Positions 61,412 through 64,000 of a stretch of DNA of 64,000 bases are shown piece after piece; positions within the stretch are counted from its first letter, which is position 1, and each line of letters opens with the position of its first letter. A model generated the notes under the pieces. The model saw only the letters and a list, made by a program, of their open reading frames with translations, was not told the DNA's origin and did no database searches. The position numbers were made by a program, and so were the translations under genes. Source of the DNA: an uncultured Chloroflexia bacterium (lineage in GTDB: Bacteria; Chloroflexota; Limnocylindria; Limnocylindrales; CSP1-4); the NCBI GenBank assembly GCA_963777975.1, contig CAVZSO010000009.1, positions 193,049-257,048 of the forward strand. Direction: 5' to 3'.

Positions 61412-64000
61412 ATGACCGTCGCGACACCCACGAAGCCCACCGCATGGTATGCCCTCAGCCCTGACGACGCCTTGCGCCAGCAGGGAGTGGCGATCGACGC
61501 CGGCCTGACCTCCGCCGAGGCCGACGCGCGGCGCGCGAAGGTCGGCCCGAACAAGTTCACCGCGGCCAAGAAGGCATCGCGCGGACAGCTGTTCCTGCTC
61601 CAGTACAAGGATCCGATGCAGATCGTGCTCCTCGTCTCGGGCGTCATCTGCCTGTTCCTGCCCGGGCAGTTCTTCACCGGCGTCATGCTCATCCTGCTCA
61701 CCCTGGGCAATGCGCTGATGGGCCTGAACCAGGAGAGCAAGGCGTCATCAGCCGCTGATGCTCTAAGCCAAACGCTGATCGTCACGGCGAAGACCCGCCG
61801 GGGCGGCGACCTCGTTGATGTCCCGATGGACCAGCTCGTCCCGGGCGACATCGTCAACCTGCAGGCCGGAGACCTCGTCCCCGGCGGACGCCCGCATCCT
61901 CACGGCCGCGACACTCGAGATCGACGAATCCGCGCTCACGGGCGAGAGCGTGCCCACCCCCAAGCAGGTGGACGCGGTCGCTGCCGATGCCGCCCTCGGC
62001 GATCGCGTCGACATGGTCTTCATGAACACCCAGGTCACCCGCGGTGCCGGCACGATCCTCGTCGTAACGACCGGAATGGACACTCAGGTCGGCCACATCA
62101 GCGGGATGCTCCAGGCCACTGCGGCCGAGGAAACGCCCCTGACCAAGCAGATCAACGGGTTGACGCGGCAGATCCTGATCCTCGCCGGCTTCGCACTTGG
62201 CGCGTCGCTCCTCCTGGGGATCGCCCGAGGCGTGCCGTTCCAGGAGCTGTTCCTGACCGCGGTCGCGTTCATGATCGCCGCCATCCCGACAGCCCTGCCG
62301 GCGATCGACACGGCCATCCTGTCCAAGGGCTCCCAGCTCCTGGCGGCGGCGGGTGCCATCGTGAAACAGCTCCGCTCGGTCGAGACTCTCGGGTCGACCT
62401 CGGCGCTCAACTCCGACAAGACCGGCACCCTCACGATGAACCAGATGACCGCCGTCCAGCTGACCATCGTCGGGCGCCGCTATACGATCTCCGGCAACGG
62501 TTACTCGACCGTCGGGCAGATCACCCACGCCGCCGGCCAGCCTGAGGTCCCGCTCGAGCAGTACCTGCTGCCGATGGCACTCTGCTCGGATGCCGAGATC
62601 AGGGACAGCAAGCTCACCGGCGACCCGTCCGAAGGCGCCCTGGTCGTCCTCGCGGCGAAGGGCGGGGTAGATGTGGACCTGACCCGCGAGCAGCACCCGC
62701 GCATCGCGACCTTGCCGTTCGACGCAGCCTACAAGCTTATGGCCACCTTCCACGACTGGACCGACGAGAGCGGCCGCAAGGTCGTACGGGCATATGTCAA
62801 GGGCGCGAGCGACCAGCTCCTCAAGCGCGCCGCCGCCGTCCACGGCCCGGACGGGAAGGAGCTCCCGATCGCGCAGGCTGCGCGATGCGTACCTTGCCGA
62901 GAGCGATCGGATGGGCAAAGAGGGCCTGCGCCTCATGGCCACTGGCCTGAAGGAATTCGACGCGGCCACGTTCGACCCGAACGCCGACCTCCTGAAGGCG
63001 ATCGACGGCCTCACGCTCCTCGCGATCGTCGGGATCACTGATCCGCCGCGGCCGGCCGCGCAGGCCGCCATCGCCACCGCCCAGGCCGCCGGCGTCCACG
63101 TCCGGATGATCACGGGCGACGCCGCGGTCACCGGCGCGGTGGTCGCCCAACAGCTGGGGATCGAGGGCAAGGCGATCACCGGCGCCGAGTTCGCCGCCAT
63201 GAACGACGACGAGGCGCTTCGAGAGGTCGACGGCATCGGGGTCATCGGCCGGGTCACGCCCCAGGACAAGGTCCACCTGGTGGACGTCCTGCGCAAGCAG
63301 GGCCACATCGTGGCGATGACCGGCGACGGCGTGAACGACGCGCCCGCCATCAAGAAGGCCGACATCGGCATCGCGATGGGCATCACCGGGACCGCTGTCA
63401 CCAAGGCCGCCGCCGACATGATCCTGACCGACGACAACTACGCCACGATCATCAAAGCGATCGGCATCGGCCGCAATGTCTACGACAACCTCCTGCGCTT
63501 CATCCGCTTCCAGATGGCCGCCTGCTACGGATACATCACCGTCTTCCTCGGCTCCTCGCTCCTGGACATCGTCGGCGGCATCCCGTTCCTGCCGCTCCAG
63601 ACCATGTGGCTGAACTTCACGGTCAACGTATTCCAGGCGATCGGCCTCGGGTTCGGGAAGCCGCGAGACGGCCTCATGGAGGAGAAGCCGCGGCCGAAGG
63701 ATCAGAAGATCCTGCCGCGCCCGCTCACCATCTGGCTCATCGTCGTGGGGCTCGTGATGGGCGGCGGCACGCTGGCGGTGATCGCGTGGGCGGCGACCGC
63801 GTTTGACAGCGACACGGTCGCGCGGACGATGGGCGTGACCACGTTCGCACTGTTCCGCATCGCCTCGTCCCTCGAGACGGCCGACGAAAACCGGTCGGTC
63901 TTCAGCGGCTACATCCTCGGCAACCCGGCATTGCTCAAGGCGACCGGCCTCTCCATCGTCACGATCGTCCTGGCAACCGAGCTCGGCATCCTCCAGAACG
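61412..64000 (+). CDS. P-type cation-translocating ATPase (P2-like), frameshifts at ~61882 and ~62880; runs off the window edge
   Basis: LTGES, IPTALP, SDKTGT, KGA, DPPR, MITGD, TGDGVNDAP. Confidence 0.92.

Noticed and set aside
634-63437. Long antisense or alternative-frame ORFs (e.g. 634-2208, 4150-5310, 57828-59936, 61854-63437)
   Set aside because: They are shadow ORFs produced by high GC content opposite well-supported genes and carry no recognisable motifs.
5273-64000. Frameshifts in about a dozen genes (nuoEF, selB, nirK, alkA-like, BBE oxidase, two MFS, both channels, holin-AlkP, ATPase) read as pseudogenisation or programmed frameshifting
   Set aside because: They are scattered single-base indels, with no accompanying in-frame stops or motif decay that I could see and no obvious slippery sites. 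They include selB, which the intact Sec system needs. Long-read or assembly error is the simplest explanation, and read polishing would confirm it.

Overview
A very GC-rich bacterial genomic window. Gene content and the many leaderless TANNNT promoters suggest a Chloroflexota or Actinomycetota-like soil organism (inference). Many otherwise intact genes carry single-base frameshifts, most likely long-read or assembly indels. Main blocks: (1) 2-20 kb, a selenocysteine/formate dehydrogenase locus with mobA, a split NAD-linked FDH whose Mo subunit has an in-frame UGA (Sec87) followed by a SECIS hairpin, fdhD, selD, tRNA-Sec (selC), selA and selB. Two accessory segments interrupt the sel genes, each bracketed by a 19-24 bp direct repeat, and one encodes an unusual DUF6582-like/GAF-like/class III cyclase fusion. 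(2) 21-33 kb, repair, redox and N-metabolism genes: xth, DsbA-VKOR, cupredoxin-fused lipoprotein NirK with a divergent Rrf2 regulator, amidohydrolase, hydroxy-acid oxidase, LysA-like decarboxylase, AlkA-like glycosylase, DUF62, msrA. (3) 33-41 kb, five VOC/glyoxalase proteins, OsmC, a BBE-like oxidase and two paralogous Cys4-finger adenylate cyclases. (4) 42-48 kb, nucleobase/guanidino catabolism (codA, NCS1 permease, PuuE-like deacetylase, agmatinase) and pirin. (5) 48-64 kb, an uncharacterised membrane cluster: two MFS, DUF6325-like, SHOCT, two K+ channels, ABC1 kinase, holin-like/alkaline-phosphatase fusion, PPK2 and a P-type ATPase with PTAL in place of PEGL. Block 5 is the best candidate for an undescribed system. 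No CRISPR array, rRNA, transposase or integrase was seen. Domain and DUF names are from motif recognition and recall, not from searches.
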